From: Eledone cirrhosa
Taxonomy: Eukaryota
Direction of reading: 5' to 3'
NCBI GenBank assembly: GCA_964016885.1
Contig: OZ024762.1
Location: forward strand, 6,448,001 to 6,512,000
DNA: 64,000 nt
The position numbers were made by a program, and so were the translations under genes. This document shows positions 1-11,650 of the stretch, in pieces (within the stretch, counting starts at the first letter, position 1; every line of letters starts with the position of its first letter). The notes under the pieces were generated by a model. It was not told the origin of the DNA and searched no databases. It saw nothing but the letters and a program-made list of their open reading frames with translations.

Positions 1-520
1 AAGCAGTACTATGTCTAAAAAGATCTGCTTTGTCACCATCAGAGGACCCAAACAGCACAAGTTAATCATATTTTGTGCACGAACAGCTATCACCTGATGA
101 TCGCTACTGTGTAGAGCTCCAGCTAGGGACTTCCAGAAATACTCTTTACTTGTCCCATTCACCTTTGTTCTCTCGCCATTGGGCTTTGTCATAGTGAACA
201 GGTAGAGCTGTTGTGTTACCTACACAAAAGAATTGTTTTACTGTGGTGAAGGCTTGTGTAGGGCCAGCCACACTTTTTGGAAATGTTGATAAAAAAGGAT
301 TGGTGCAGGAGATTGCACATTTCAGGTATTGGAAGGCTGTTGACTCTGATGTGTTCTCCACCCTTTTAAACGAGTTTTGTTTTAAGTCCCACCGGATGTC
401 CCCAAATCAACCTCCTCACCAAGCAAGCTTGGTGGGGTTGCCAGTTTAGTCTCCAACGACCCGACCATGTGACAGGTTATACGGGGTTACATGTTACCAG
501 TAGCACTCAAGAGCGACCTG
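1..520 (-). mobile_element. Decayed 5' region of a non-LTR retrotransposon-like repeat; related copies at about 2345-2680 (+) and 57300-57550 (-)
   Basis: Shared blocks such as CTAAACTGGC and CACCAA among three dispersed copies; class assignment is inference. Confidence 0.45.
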
Positions 521-573
521 ATAATATATATATATACATACACACACATAAAACAACAGCAAGGAATACTTAC

Positions 574-606
574 TCCAACAAAAGCAGCAGTGTACATAGA
601 GACTTT
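574..606 (-). CDS. MTCH2: MTCH2-like coding exon 9 (KVSMYTAAFVG); gene continues off the left edge
   Basis: ttttttccag acceptor, gtaagt donor, 33 bp, phase 0/0, continues the exon 8 frame. Confidence 0.75.
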
Positions 607-1371
607 CTGGAAAAAAATAAAATAAATTGAACAAATTTAAACATTGGAATATTTTCGAGATCAAACATAATTTTTAACAATGTAGTCTTTTATTGGTTTC
701 AGTTATTTTATTGTGGCCATACTGGGGCACCGCCTTGTAGGGATTTAGTCCATCATATTGATCCTTGAAGAGACATAACAATAATAGTAATATTTAATTT
801 TTCCCTGCTTGTAGGGCTTGAATAGATCTTCTCCCTCACAAGGAGAGGAAAGTGTCTTTTACCTCTTATGGAATTGTAGGGACGCAGTCCTGACACATAT
901 TGGTCTTGGGCATTTAAAACTTGGAGGAGGCAACCATTTTCCAGGTAAGAACACAACTGATTTCTTCCAGAGAAGCAGGGAAACTTATAAAGAGAAATAA
1001 CAAAAGAACGAACCCCAATAGTTGACTGGTACTTTATCAACCTCAGTGGGTTTCAAACTCAGAGTGGAGTGAGCTAGAACAAATACTGAGGCTTTTATTC
1101 TGTTACAGATTTTACAGGCAAAATCTATCAGCAGAAATCCCAGGAATAGACTGAGTAAGATGGTTGGATAACATCCATGAGCTTGGCTGGTCTTACTTGG
1201 GGATCCTACCAGATCAATTGGAGATGGTTGCTTCTGACAGGACTCTGATGGAAGGAATGTTTGAGGACTCTACCCCCACAACCATCCCAGGACTAACTAG
1301 GCAAAGAAGAAGACCTCTGTTGAACAACCCTAACCCTGCCACCCACACAAAGAAGTTTTAGTGTGACTCAC

Positions 1372-1465
1372 CTTGTCTTGTATAATATATTTGTTCAGTA
1401 TATATGTGAGGATACTAGTTGATGCCAGGTTGATCGAATCTCCTAGCAGCCGTGGCACAAGGCCA
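1372..1465 (-). CDS. MTCH2: MTCH2-like coding exon 8 (GLVPRLLGDSINLASTSILTYILNKYIIQDK)
   Basis: GLVPRLLGD motif characteristic of MTCH1/2; ctttcag acceptor, gtgagt donor; 94 bp. Confidence 0.93.
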
Positions 1466-3253
1466 CTGAAAGAAGAAGAAGGAGTTACCTCATATACTTG
1501 TATATAATGCAAGCCTCCCATCCCATTCTATGTCTGAGAAACGGGCAAAATCCAAACCCAGTTTATAAGTCAACGCAACTAATCACAGGAATACTGATTA
1601 TAAGCCAATGCCTCATTTTAACATTGAACTTTCGGTTACATATTCCCCTGCTTATGGTAAATCTTTCATTACTCTATTTCTAATTAATATTCTGCTTATA
1701 GCTTTCAAATAACTTTGAAAATAATTAAGAAATAGTACTAACTAACTTCCTCATTATTATCTGTCTATGATTTTCAAATAATTTTGAAAATTTTCAAAAT
1801 TTTGAAAATTTTCAAAATTTTGGAGTGGTGTAGTAATTATTAAGCTGGTGTTGGGAACATAACTTAAAATTATAATGTCAGGTTTTAATACACTAACATT
1901 TTCGTTACTATATTTCTAATGAAGACACATAATTTTGAAAATAATAAAGTTTTGGAGGAGTTTAGTAATATAACTAGCTTTCTTATTAAGCTGGGGTTTG
2001 AAGCATAACTTAAAGGTTCTTACATAAAATTAAGCCGAAAGGTTTTTAGATAAATATAAACACTTGAACCTTTTCAGGTGGTTTAGTATCCAAAGGGTTA
2101 ATTTTCAGTACAATGCCACACAAGCTGGTATCTAACTCTTAACATCCTGTAAGGATTTAGCAGAAATATTTAAAAATAGATTTAGTATCTTTATAGTAGC
2201 TTTGCTAGTCATAGTGCAGATTTGTACTTCTTGTTAATGTGGCTTCATGCGGTACAAGAGTTAAAGATCACAAGAAGTGTACTGAATTTCTTAGTGTATA
2301 ATATTACTGAAAAAAAAATGGAAACAAATTACATCTTTTTGTATAACGTCAGGCTTCTGCCTGCTACTGGTACCATGTAACCCAGTACAACATGCTTCAT
2401 ACTTGAGTGGTTGGCATCTAAACTGGCTCCCTCACCAACCAGGGTCTGCTGAAGAGAGTAAGTGGAACCCCAGCAGTACAAAAAACAAGACCTGTTAAAA
2501 GGGTGGATGAACTCCAATCACCCCAACTATGGGTTAAATAGCCAAACTGACCTGCAATTGGCCTGAAACATGACCAAAACCAAACAGAAAGCAGTGGAGG
2601 TCAACCAGGGAGGGGTTCCTCCAACAGGAGAAGGCCCTGCATTGACACCCTCAGTGTGCAGCAATGACTGTATACTTTTGTAAACTTGTATCATATTCTT
2701 CATCAAAATCTTGATCTCATTGCCTTATTTCAGTTTTTCATGGCATTAAAGAATGTAAAACAAAGACGTTCAATTTTGTTGATTTCCAAAAGACATATGA
2801 TCATTATTTCTATGTTGACTTTGCCTTTCATCCTTATGGGGTCAATAAAATAAAGTACCAGTAATACACTGGAATAATTGCTGGCCTTGTGCCAAAAGTA
2901 GAAACAATTATTTCTATGTTGACTTTTCTATGCTGGCATGGGTTGGATGTGATTTTTTGAGGTAATATTTTGCAGCTGGATGCGCTTCATGATGCCAACC
3001 GTTTCAGTAACATTTCACTATATACAGGGATATTGTGTACATCTAAACTGGATAGAGACAGGGATATTGTTGCAATCTTAATCTCTGGAGTATTTTTAAG
3101 CTCAGTAAACATTTTTGAAACCTTGTACTTGTGAATATGATGAAATTCACGCTTTTTTTAAAACTTAATTTTAGTCCAAAATTTCTTGTATAATACACAA
3201 TAAAATATAGCACATAGATTTAGGAAATGGTGTGTGATAAAGGAATTACTTAC

Positions 3254-3313
3254 CCAAAAAAACCTGCAGGACCATCAACTTTAAAGATCTCTACAGTGGC
3301 AGATAATATATCA
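3254..3313 (-). CDS. MTCH2: MTCH2-like coding exon 7 (DILSATVEIFKVDGPAGFFG)
   Basis: SLC25-type I-x3-(D/E)G-x2-GFF motif; tttttccag acceptor, gtaagt donor; 60 bp, phase 2/2. Confidence 0.9.
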
Positions 3314-3594
3314 CTGGAAAAATAAACATGTGAAGTGTATAATGAGGAATAGGTATAGGCAGTGATAGGTAAATGGTTATTCAAAAGAAAAAAATATCAA
3401 ATGGGAGCAGGGAAGAGAGCGTTTAATTTATTAACAAAACAAAAAAAAAGAATTCAGTGAAAATATAATAATATATGTAAGTGAATTTCGTATATCTAAA
3501 GACATACAGTGTGTTTAATAAAAAAACATTTTGAAAGCCAAGCTATGAATATTGAAAAGCTGATGGACAGAACTGTCTTAATAATAATCATAAT

Positions 3595-3925
3595 TGTATC
3601 TACATTTGGCACAAGGCCAGCAATTAAATCAGTGCATTACTGGTACTTTATTTTATCGACCCCGTAAGGATGAAAGGCAAAGTTAACCTCGGTGGGATTT
3701 GAACACAGAATGGCAAGGGCCATAACTCTATGCGTCAAAGCATGGCGTCCGACCCTCTACCAATACACTATAATAATAATGGTTTCTGATTTAGGCACAA
3801 AGCCAGCAATTTTGGGAGATGGGAAAATCAATTAAATCGACCCTAGTGCGTGACTGGTACTTTGTTTCATCAACCCCGCAAGGATGAAAGGCAAAGCTAA
3901 CCATGGTGAGATTTGAACTCAACAA
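3595..3925 (-). mobile_element. Two tandem copies of a tRNA-derived SINE (family A)
   Basis: B-box-like GAGTTCAAATCC head and core TTGCCTTTCATCCTTACGGGGTCGATAAAATAAAGTACCAG; other copies at about 6385, 17385, 19025, 19255, 22475, 24305, 39475, 41595, 41980, 61345, 61450. Confidence 0.85.
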
Positions 3926-4022
3926 CAACAAGCAAACATTACCACCACCACCACCAACAACCAAACATTACCACCACCACCAACAACAACAACCAAACAT
4001 TACCACCACCAACATATCTTAC

Positions 4023-4074
4023 CTGTATTCTCTTTCTCTGCCAACAAATTGAGCCATGTTTCGCGCCATTATCA
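4023..4074 (-). CDS. MTCH2: MTCH2-like coding exon 6 (VIMARNMAQFVGREREY)
   Basis: Matches the MTCH R-x-M-x-QFxGRE motif; ctgcag acceptor, gtaag donor; 52 bp. Confidence 0.92.
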
Positions 4075-4788
4075 CTGCAGTTAAAACAGTAAAATATTTG
4101 TTATGATTTCTATGATCATAAATCAACTGAAGACAGAGCAACACCCCGTCCCCACTGTGCTGGTGAAATACATCTAGTACACTGTAAAATGGCATTGCTG
4201 GTGCCATGATAGAATAGACCAAGTAAAGTGGTTGAACTGGTCCCACAATGAAGTTTACCCAGTAGACTCTAAAAAAGTAGTAGTGCTGGTGTCATGACAA
4301 AATACACCAAGTACACTCTGTAAAATTGGTAGTGCTGGTGCTATTATAAAATGTACCCAGTATACTTTATAATGTAGTTGTGCTCTTCCCTTCTCCTTGC
4401 TGCTGCTATTCTCTTCCCCCACCTGCTGCTCCTGCTTGTCACCTCCACTTGCTGCCCCAGGACTTTTGTTGTTCTTTCTAGTGGCGACATGATTCCAATA
4501 GGACTCACTTTACTTCTCTCTCTGATCTGTCTATCTAATCTGTACGTTTTATCGTGCACACATCATACCAACAGAAATATTTATTTTTCAGTTGCACGAG
4601 ACGGCAATTAAATTGTGCAAAACCACAGCCGGTCTGGAAATTAAAAGATGTTTGCGTGATCTTGTCTCATTCATTTTCTTCCTTTGCTCTTTTCCTCCTG
4701 ATATATCAGTAGTAACGAAACATTCTGCCACATTTTTGGAATCCAAATTCAGGTTCATTACCCACCAGTGTAAAAACTTGACTTCCAT

Positions 4789-5110
4789 TTAGAAAATAGA
4801 CAACAAGTGTATATTACAGCCCAAAACGGCGGACAGGATGGAGAAGGCGTTTCCCTGGAGCCATTCCAACTCCCGAGGCTCACACCTGCAGCTGGCCTGC
4901 TCAGCGCCCATGGTGGTGAATAGGGAGGTAGCCCTAGGGCCAAGGACACCAGAAGTTTCCATTGCCAAAGGCACAGCCGCAAACCTGTCGGAGAGCGACC
5001 GGTACTTGGAGAGTTTGGCCTCCTCAGCCCGACGTACAGCAGAACCTGGGTTAGTCGCAGACTGCACCGAGTTGCGGCTGGAGAAAGTGTCGCTGCAACG
5101 AAAATGAGCC
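4789..5110 (-). mobile_element. CRE-like non-LTR retrotransposon fragment (restriction-like endonuclease C-terminus)
   Basis: AEEAKLSKY...VPLAMETSGVLG...QGNA matches the K-x2-KY / ET-x-G-x2-G / GNA motifs of RLE-type elements. Confidence 0.75.
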
Positions 5111-5112
5111 AA

Positions 5113-5773
5113 AACTGCTAGATGATCAAAAAGCAGTATATAATATTATACTTGACTCAGCTACACAAAAGAATGGTGGCCTATTTTTATTGATGCTCCG
5201 GGTGGAACTGGTAAAACCTTCTTGGTAAGCCTATTGTTGTCTAAAATACAAAAATACCAAAATATAGCTTTAGCAGTTGCTTCAACTGGAGGTTGGACAG
5301 TTCATTCTGCTTTCAATTTGGACTTGGACCGCAGTTTGAATGAAATGTCTGTGTGTCATATAAAAAAGAACTCAGGAGCTGCTCAAGTATTGCAAAATTT
5401 CTCAACCTCTTCATATATGCTCCAAGGAAAAATGTTAAGAACATTGTATATACTGAAGTTCTGTAAATGTTTTATAATTTTCGTAGAATATATTTTCCAA
5501 TTATTTTCTTTATTACTTTCTGTATTAAGATATTCTAAATAAACATTTAAAGGAAGTTTGTTTGTTTGTTGACTGGCAATAACACTTAATCTTCAATAAA
5601 ATTAGCCAGGGAAATTCAGCATGTGTACTCTCAAATGTAATTCTCAGGGAGATTCAGGAAGACAGTGTTTGACAAGGCTGAATATTTCACACAAAGACAA
5701 GACCAAAAGAAGACATGATTGAACAACAATACATTGACACACATTCCAGGGCAACACCGAGTACCTCTGCTAG
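5113..5773 (+). mobile_element. Helitron remnant: PIF1-like helicase fragment and 3' terminus
   Basis: GGLFFIDAPGGTGKTFLVSLLL...AVAS...TVHSAF Walker A region; 3' GGGCAACACCGAGTA...CTAG followed by T near 5749-5774. Confidence 0.85.
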
Positions 5774-6126
5774 TATATATATATATATATATATATAATA
5801 ACTAGAAATTGATTAACATATAAATAAACATGAATAATCACAGGAGATAACTTTTACAAGTGTGTAAGCACACATAGCTAGGTAGGTAACTAAATAAAGT
5901 TAACCAGAACTTCAAAAATAGATACCTTATAATATTTTGCGGGTGATATGGCGCATCTTTCTGGCATGACACCCATAATTTTGATTATCTTAATTTTGGA
6001 TATATATATATATATATGAATGTAAAGACAGATCAAATATATATATATACAGATATAACTGTACATGTTTATCTATTTTGAAAGACAATGAATTTCAACA
6101 ATATTTAAGATAAGAAGATTTGTTAC

Positions 6127-6184
6127 CTTGAAGTGGGTGAGTAGCAATTATTGCAACAGACCTGGCCACTAACTGCTTGGAGAT
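6127..6184 (-). CDS. MTCH2: MTCH2-like coding exon 5 (ISKQLVARSVAIIATHPLQ)
   Basis: ARS...THP carrier helix motif; cctgtcag acceptor, gtaaca donor; 58 bp. Confidence 0.92.
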
Positions 6185-6384
6185 CTGACAGGGGAATAAG
6201 AGAAAGTGAAATTTAAAAAAAAATGAAATGTATACCCCATACCTATTTAAATTTCAGTGTTTGTGTGTGGCTATGTGTTAAGATGTACGTGTGTCTGCAT
6301 GTATTTAAACATGTCTATATTTCTATAAGTCTGTTTGTATGTATGTGTTTCTAATGAAAAACTCTGTCTATGACTTTCAAATAG

Positions 6385-6590
6385 AGTGGTGGATTGGCAG
6401 TGTCGGTAGAGCATCAAACATGCTTTGTGGCATATAGTTATGTTCCTTTACGTTCTGATTTAACATTTTTCCGCAGTTAGCTTTACCTTTCATCTTTACG
6501 GGGTCGATAAAATAAAGTACCAGTTATACACTGGGGTCGATTTAACCGACTCCCCCATAAATTGTTGGCTTTGCCCCTTAATTAGAAACC
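6385..6590 (+). mobile_element. SINE family A, near full-length
   Basis: GGTGGATTGGCAGTGTCGGTAGAGC A-box-like head, family core, AGAAAC tail. Confidence 0.8.
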
Positions 6591-7085
6591 ATTATTTTCA
6601 AATAATTTTGAAAATAACAAAGAATTTGGAGGGACTTAGTAATATAACTAACTTTCTCATTATTAGGTTGGTGTTTGGAACAAAACTCAAAGGTTTTTAC
6701 ATAAAATTATGATGGAAGGTTTTTAGGTAAATATAAACATTTTAAAACAAACAGTTTTGTATCATAGAAACAGGGGTTGTATCATAGAAACAGGGGTGGT
6801 ATCATAGAATTTGAGTTGTTTTAGGTGGTTTGCTATCAAAAGGATGTGTGCCTGTGTATGTTAAGCTGTGTTCATGTCTATGTTTAGTTGTGACATTATA
6901 TATGTTTGTGTGGATATATGTGTTAAGATGTATGCATATATGTGTGTGTGTGTATGATCTAGCAATGCCCACTTCAACATCAAACAGTAGGTAGGTAACA
7001 AGTTAATGTATGCATATCTGTGTATGTGTATGATCAAGCCACACCAACTTCCACATGAAACAGTAACTAGGAGGTGACAACTTAC

Positions 7086-7211
7086 AATTTTTGATAATTT
7101 CTTCAACGCAGCAACAACATCAGTTTCATCCTCTTGGTATGCTGGTTCTGCCAATGCTTCTTCATCAGACTCATCCCCGTTCAATTCAATTTCATCATCC
7201 AGTTTCAGGGA
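7086..7211 (-). CDS. MTCH2: MTCH2-like coding exon 4 (acidic loop SLKLDDEIELNGDESDEEALAEPAYQEDETDVVAALKKLSKI)
   Basis: cttacag acceptor, gtaagt donor; 126 bp, phase 0/0, bridges exons 3 and 5 in frame. Confidence 0.85.
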
Positions 7212-7264
7212 CTGTAAGACACACCAACATACAGATGTAGGTTTAGTTGGCCTCATTAAAAAAT

Positions 7265-7690
7265 TTACATATCAAAGGAGGTTTCTTTGGTGTTTTAATG
7301 ATAAAGGCCCCTGTCCAGTCCTTATCAAGTTGTTATAGCTTACACCTTTGCAGGTTTAGCTAGCCTCTGAAAAGGTTATATCTCAAAGGAGGTTTCTGTG
7401 GTGTTTTAATGATAAAGGCCCCAGTCCAGTCCTTATCAAGTTGTTATAGCTTACACCTTTGCAGGTTTAGCTAGCCTCTGAAAAGGTTATATCTCAAAGG
7501 AGGTTTCTGTGGTGTTTTAATGATAAAGACCCCAGTTCTATCATGTTGTTACAGTTCACACCTATGTAGGTTGAGCTGGTCCCCTACTAGGTTACATATC
7601 ATAGGAGGCTTTAGTCCTATCATGTTACAACTTGCACCTCAAAGGAGGTTTCTGAGGTGTTTTAATGATAGGTGCCATTAGTTCTATCAT
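7265..7690. repeat. About 116-bp tandem repeat, about 3.5 copies, decaying
   Basis: Recurrent CAAAGGAGGTTTCTGTGGTGTTTTAATGATAAAG. Confidence 0.85.
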
Positions 7691-7809
7691 GTGAAGCAAT
7701 GTGAAATGAAGAATATAATGCCGCAGCTGGTCCAGGAATTGAACCTCTGATCTTAAAATCAGGCGTCTAACACTCTAACCACTAGGTCACATTTATAGCA
7801 ATGGAGGTA

Positions 7810-8605
7810 TACACACAGGGATATAGTGTACTTATTCAAAACCAGATACACACAGGGATACAGTGTACCTTTGCTAAATTAGATACACACAAGGATATAG
7901 TGTACCTATTCTAAACTGGATAGGGACAGGGATATAGTGTACCTACTGTAAACCAAATATACACAGGGATATAGTGTACTTGTCCTAAACCAAATACACA
8001 CAGGGATACAGTATATCTATTCTAAACCTGATATACAGAGATACAGTATATCTATTCTAAACTTGATATACACAGGGATACAGTATATCTATTCTAAACC
8101 AAATACACACAGAGATACAGTATATCTATTCTAAACTTGATATACAGAGGGATACAGTATATCTATTCTAAACCTGATATACAGAGATACAGTATATTTA
8201 TTCTAAACTTGATATACACAGGGATACAGTATATCTATTCTAAACCTGATATACAGAGATACAGTATATCTATTCTAAACTTGATATACACAGAGATACA
8301 GTATATCTATTCTAAACCTGAAACACACAGAGATACAGCATATCTATTCTAAACTTGATATACACAGGGATATAGTATATCTATTCTAAACCTGAAACAC
8401 ACAGGGATATAGTATATTTATTCTAAACTTGATATACACAGGGATACAGTATATCTATTCTAAACCTGATATACACAGGAATATAGTGTACCTAAACTAG
8501 ATATAGGGATATGGTGTACCTAAAATAGATATAGGGATATGGTGTACCTATTGTAGACAAGGATGCAGTGTACCGATTACACACCGGGATACAGTGTATC
8601 TATTC
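7810..8605. repeat. 36-40-bp minisatellite
   Basis: Unit about GATATACACAGGGATACAGTATATCTATTCTAAACCT. Confidence 0.9.
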
Positions 8606-8609
8606 CACA

Positions 8610-8785
8610 AAGGTCAGCTGAAAAGTTCATAGGCTGTCTATGAAGAAATGATGCTAGAACTGTGAAATCTTGCATGCATTAATTTCAACTCTTCTTATAA
8701 ATAATGGTATTGTTTCTTTCCAAGAACTATGTTGAAAAATAAACCTCATTTGGTCATTCCATGAGAGTATCTTGGTCAGCCGACC
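8610..8785. mobile_element. Mariner-type MITE (partial copy of the 51785-51982 element)
   Basis: Collinear similarity to 51785-51982. Confidence 0.75.
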
Positions 8786-8977
8786 TTCATAAACCAGAAA
8801 GACACAGGGATACTGTACAACTATTCTAAAATGGATACAGGAGTATAATGTATATATATTCTAAATTGGATTCACCCAATGTATTGGGTACAAGAAAGAG
8901 AGAGAGAAATAAATATAAGAAAAACAACTAAATTCAAACTAAATATAATATACAAAACATTGATAAAAACAACTTAC

Positions 8978-9084
8978 CGTAAGGATTTTATTTTGGATGA
9001 TACTTCCGGTAGCTCCAGCCAGAACCCTTGGAATCAAGCCTCTGTAAAGTCCAAAGAAGCCATCTACATGGTAGATATGTCCAA
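8978..9084 (-). CDS. MTCH2: MTCH2-like coding exon 3 (GHIYHVDGFFGLYRGLIPRVLAGATGSIIQNKILT)
   Basis: DG-x2-GLYRGL-x-PR SLC25 signature; tttcaag acceptor, gtaagt donor; 107 bp. Confidence 0.95.
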
Positions 9085-9294
9085 CTTGAAAAGAAATTGC
9101 AAACAATATATAAATCACACCCAATTTTCACAAAAAAATAGGAACCCTTTAAAAGTGGTTTTATTCCATAGTATTTTTACATTTCTATAAATTTAAATTG
9201 GAAATTTTTTATTTAAATATGAATGCTTTAAAAAGGGTGGTTTTGTTACATAGAACCAAAACTGGTTTTGGTCAGGTTGGTATCAAAAGATTTA

Positions 9295-9500
9295 CTATAT
9301 ATACTCAAATATAAGCCAATACGAATGTAAGTCGACCCCACTATTTTATGTTTGAGAAATGGACAAAAATCCAAACCTTATTTACGTAGAATTAGAAGTT
9401 GGTGAAATTTGTAAAAACATTGACCCCGAATATAAGCTGACCTCCTTCTACCATCAGTGTTTTTGGTCACATATTCCTCGGCATATTCGAGTATATACAG
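9295..9500. mobile_element. Tc1/mariner-pogo-type MITE with TA target duplication
   Basis: TIRs CTATATATACTCAAATATAAGCC / GGCATATTCGAGTATATACAG flanked by TA. Confidence 0.75.
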
Positions 9501-10025
9501 TAATTAATGAAGAATTTTGAGGGATTTACAATAATTATTCATTTCATTTCTATAAATTTAAATTGGAAGATTTTAATTTAAATATGAACCCTTTAAAAGG
9601 GGTAGTTTTGTTACATAGAGCCAGTGCCAGTTTTGGTCAGGTTGGTATCAAAAGAGTTAATTAATGAAGAATTTTGAGGGATTTGCAATAATTGTTAATT
9701 ATTTCATTACTGACTAACTTAATATATGGTTCTTATATAAAATTATGATGGAAGATTTTAATTTAAATAGGAACCGTTTCAAATGGCTAGTTTAGGCTAG
9801 GTTGGTATCAAAAAGGTTCAATAGGAACCCTTTAAAATAGGTAGTTCCACTCCATAGAACCAGTGCTGGTTTTGGTAAAGTTAGAATTAAATGGGTTGAA
9901 GAGGAACCCTTTAAAATGGTTGGTTTAGTTTCATAGAAGCAAAACTGGTTTTAGTCAAGTTGATATCAAAAGGGTTATAACGAGAATTCTAAAGAAGTTT
10001 CCAAAAATCTTTAAAGTTTTCTTAC

Positions 10026-10110
10026 TATATCGGAAGACACTGGGGTACGCTAGCATTGGTTTCCCAGTGAAAGTCCGTGTCTGGTACAACTTCATCGGTT
10101 CATGACCAAT
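10026..10110 (-). CDS. MTCH2: MTCH2-like coding exon 2 (IGHEPMKLYQTRTFTGKPMLAYPSVFRY)
   Basis: Manual translation; GHEP motif typical of MTCH; ttatag acceptor, gtaag donor; 85 bp. Confidence 0.93.
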
Positions 10111-10674
10111 CTATAACATCAATAAAGCATCAAAGTTAGTTGATAAAAGAATTCATAGAAAATACTTTCTTAACATTCTGTCCCACAAGAGATTGCATTA
10201 GCATGACATTTTTGAAAACTAGAAAACAGCACTATGACAGCATTACGTTAAAAATCAAAAGATTGAAGTCTTTACTATATTACTACAAATTTTCATAATC
10301 TGTCCACTAGTAAAGATATTATAAACATTTTAATTAATAAACCACATTAGCAAAACATTCTCGAAAACTACAAAACAACACTGTGAGTGCATTACATTAA
10401 AAATTAAAGCCATTACTGCAAATTTTCACAACCATCTGTCCAGCAGTAAATATACTATAAACATTTTAATTAACAAACCCGTTTTTAGATATTTTCTACT
10501 AAACCATATTATAATTGTTTTAACGAATTAATAGTTTATAATTTAATACTTCTCATATAATTCTCATCTAAATATTATAAATGTATCCATATTCTTAAAA
10601 TATATATTAAAAAATTCTATCAGCTTCACGCCGACATTAGTAATCTTCTCTGGCTTCTTAATATTCTCTACCAG

Positions 10675-10935
10675 ATACATTGGCTCCCTACCCTTTTTTT
10701 ATCATTGTAGCGGACTATTGTATGCGCCTTGCGCTGGACAAACACCAGGACTCTGGCTTTACCGTAACACCGGCTCAGAGCAGGAGAGTTAAGGCAAAAA
10801 AGATATCGGATGCTGAATTTGCCGACGACATAGTTTTGGTGACAAACACAGTGAAGGAGGCAGAGGATTTGATGCAGGAGGTGCAGACTGTGTCGATGGG
10901 TGTGGGGCTGAGAATGAATGAGATTAAGACAAAAT
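10675..10935 (+). mobile_element. LINE reverse transcriptase fragment (RTE-like)
   Basis: LAPYPFFIIVADY...EFADDIVLV...VGLRMNEIKTK RT motifs. Confidence 0.85.
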
Positions 10936-10964
10936 GTATATATAATACAATATAATATATATCA

Positions 10965-11650
10965 TCATCACCATCATTTTATGTCCGCTTTTCCCTGCTT
11001 GCAAGGGTTGGACGGGTCCTATTCAGCACAGCATCTCTCCACTTGTCACGGTCCTTCGTCATCTCCTCCGTCTGCTCTCACTGCCTCCGCCCATGTTTTT
11101 CTTGGTCTTCCTCTACTGGGATTTCTTGGCACTTCTTCACCCAGCGGTCATCCTCCATGCGCATCACATGTCCATACCATCTCAGCCTTCTCTCCAGTCG
11201 TCGCATATCTTCTGCAGTTGCTGCCCATGTCTCACTACCATGCAGCATCGTGCATCTCACACAGGCATCATATAACCGGCTTTTCGTATGCAGGGAGAAA
11301 GGCTTCTTTGTCAACAGAGGAAGCAGCTCCCTAAACTTCGTCCTTATTCTAGATACTATGGCCTCTAAAACACCCCCCTCTCATGCTAATCTGATCACCT
11401 AGGTACCGGAAGCTATCAACCACTTCTATAGAACCCACTTGCATTGGAAAAATGTGCATCACTGCGATTACTACTGCCAACTTTCCCTGTAGATCTACTG
11501 CATACGTAGTTTTACCTACATGTTAGTTTGCTGTTACCCCACTATATCTCTTGTGTACCCAAGATCTGCATTGCGTACATTTTATGGAATTTATGCCAGT
11601 TCCTTTCGTACATATCGAACATGGCCATTTCCCTGATGTTTCTTGTAAAC
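10965..11650 (-). mobile_element. RTE-clade LINE 3' fragment with (GAT)n tail
   Basis: RLYDACVR..MLHGSETW...RRLRWYGHVMRM; homologous to 50325-51530. Confidence 0.88.
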
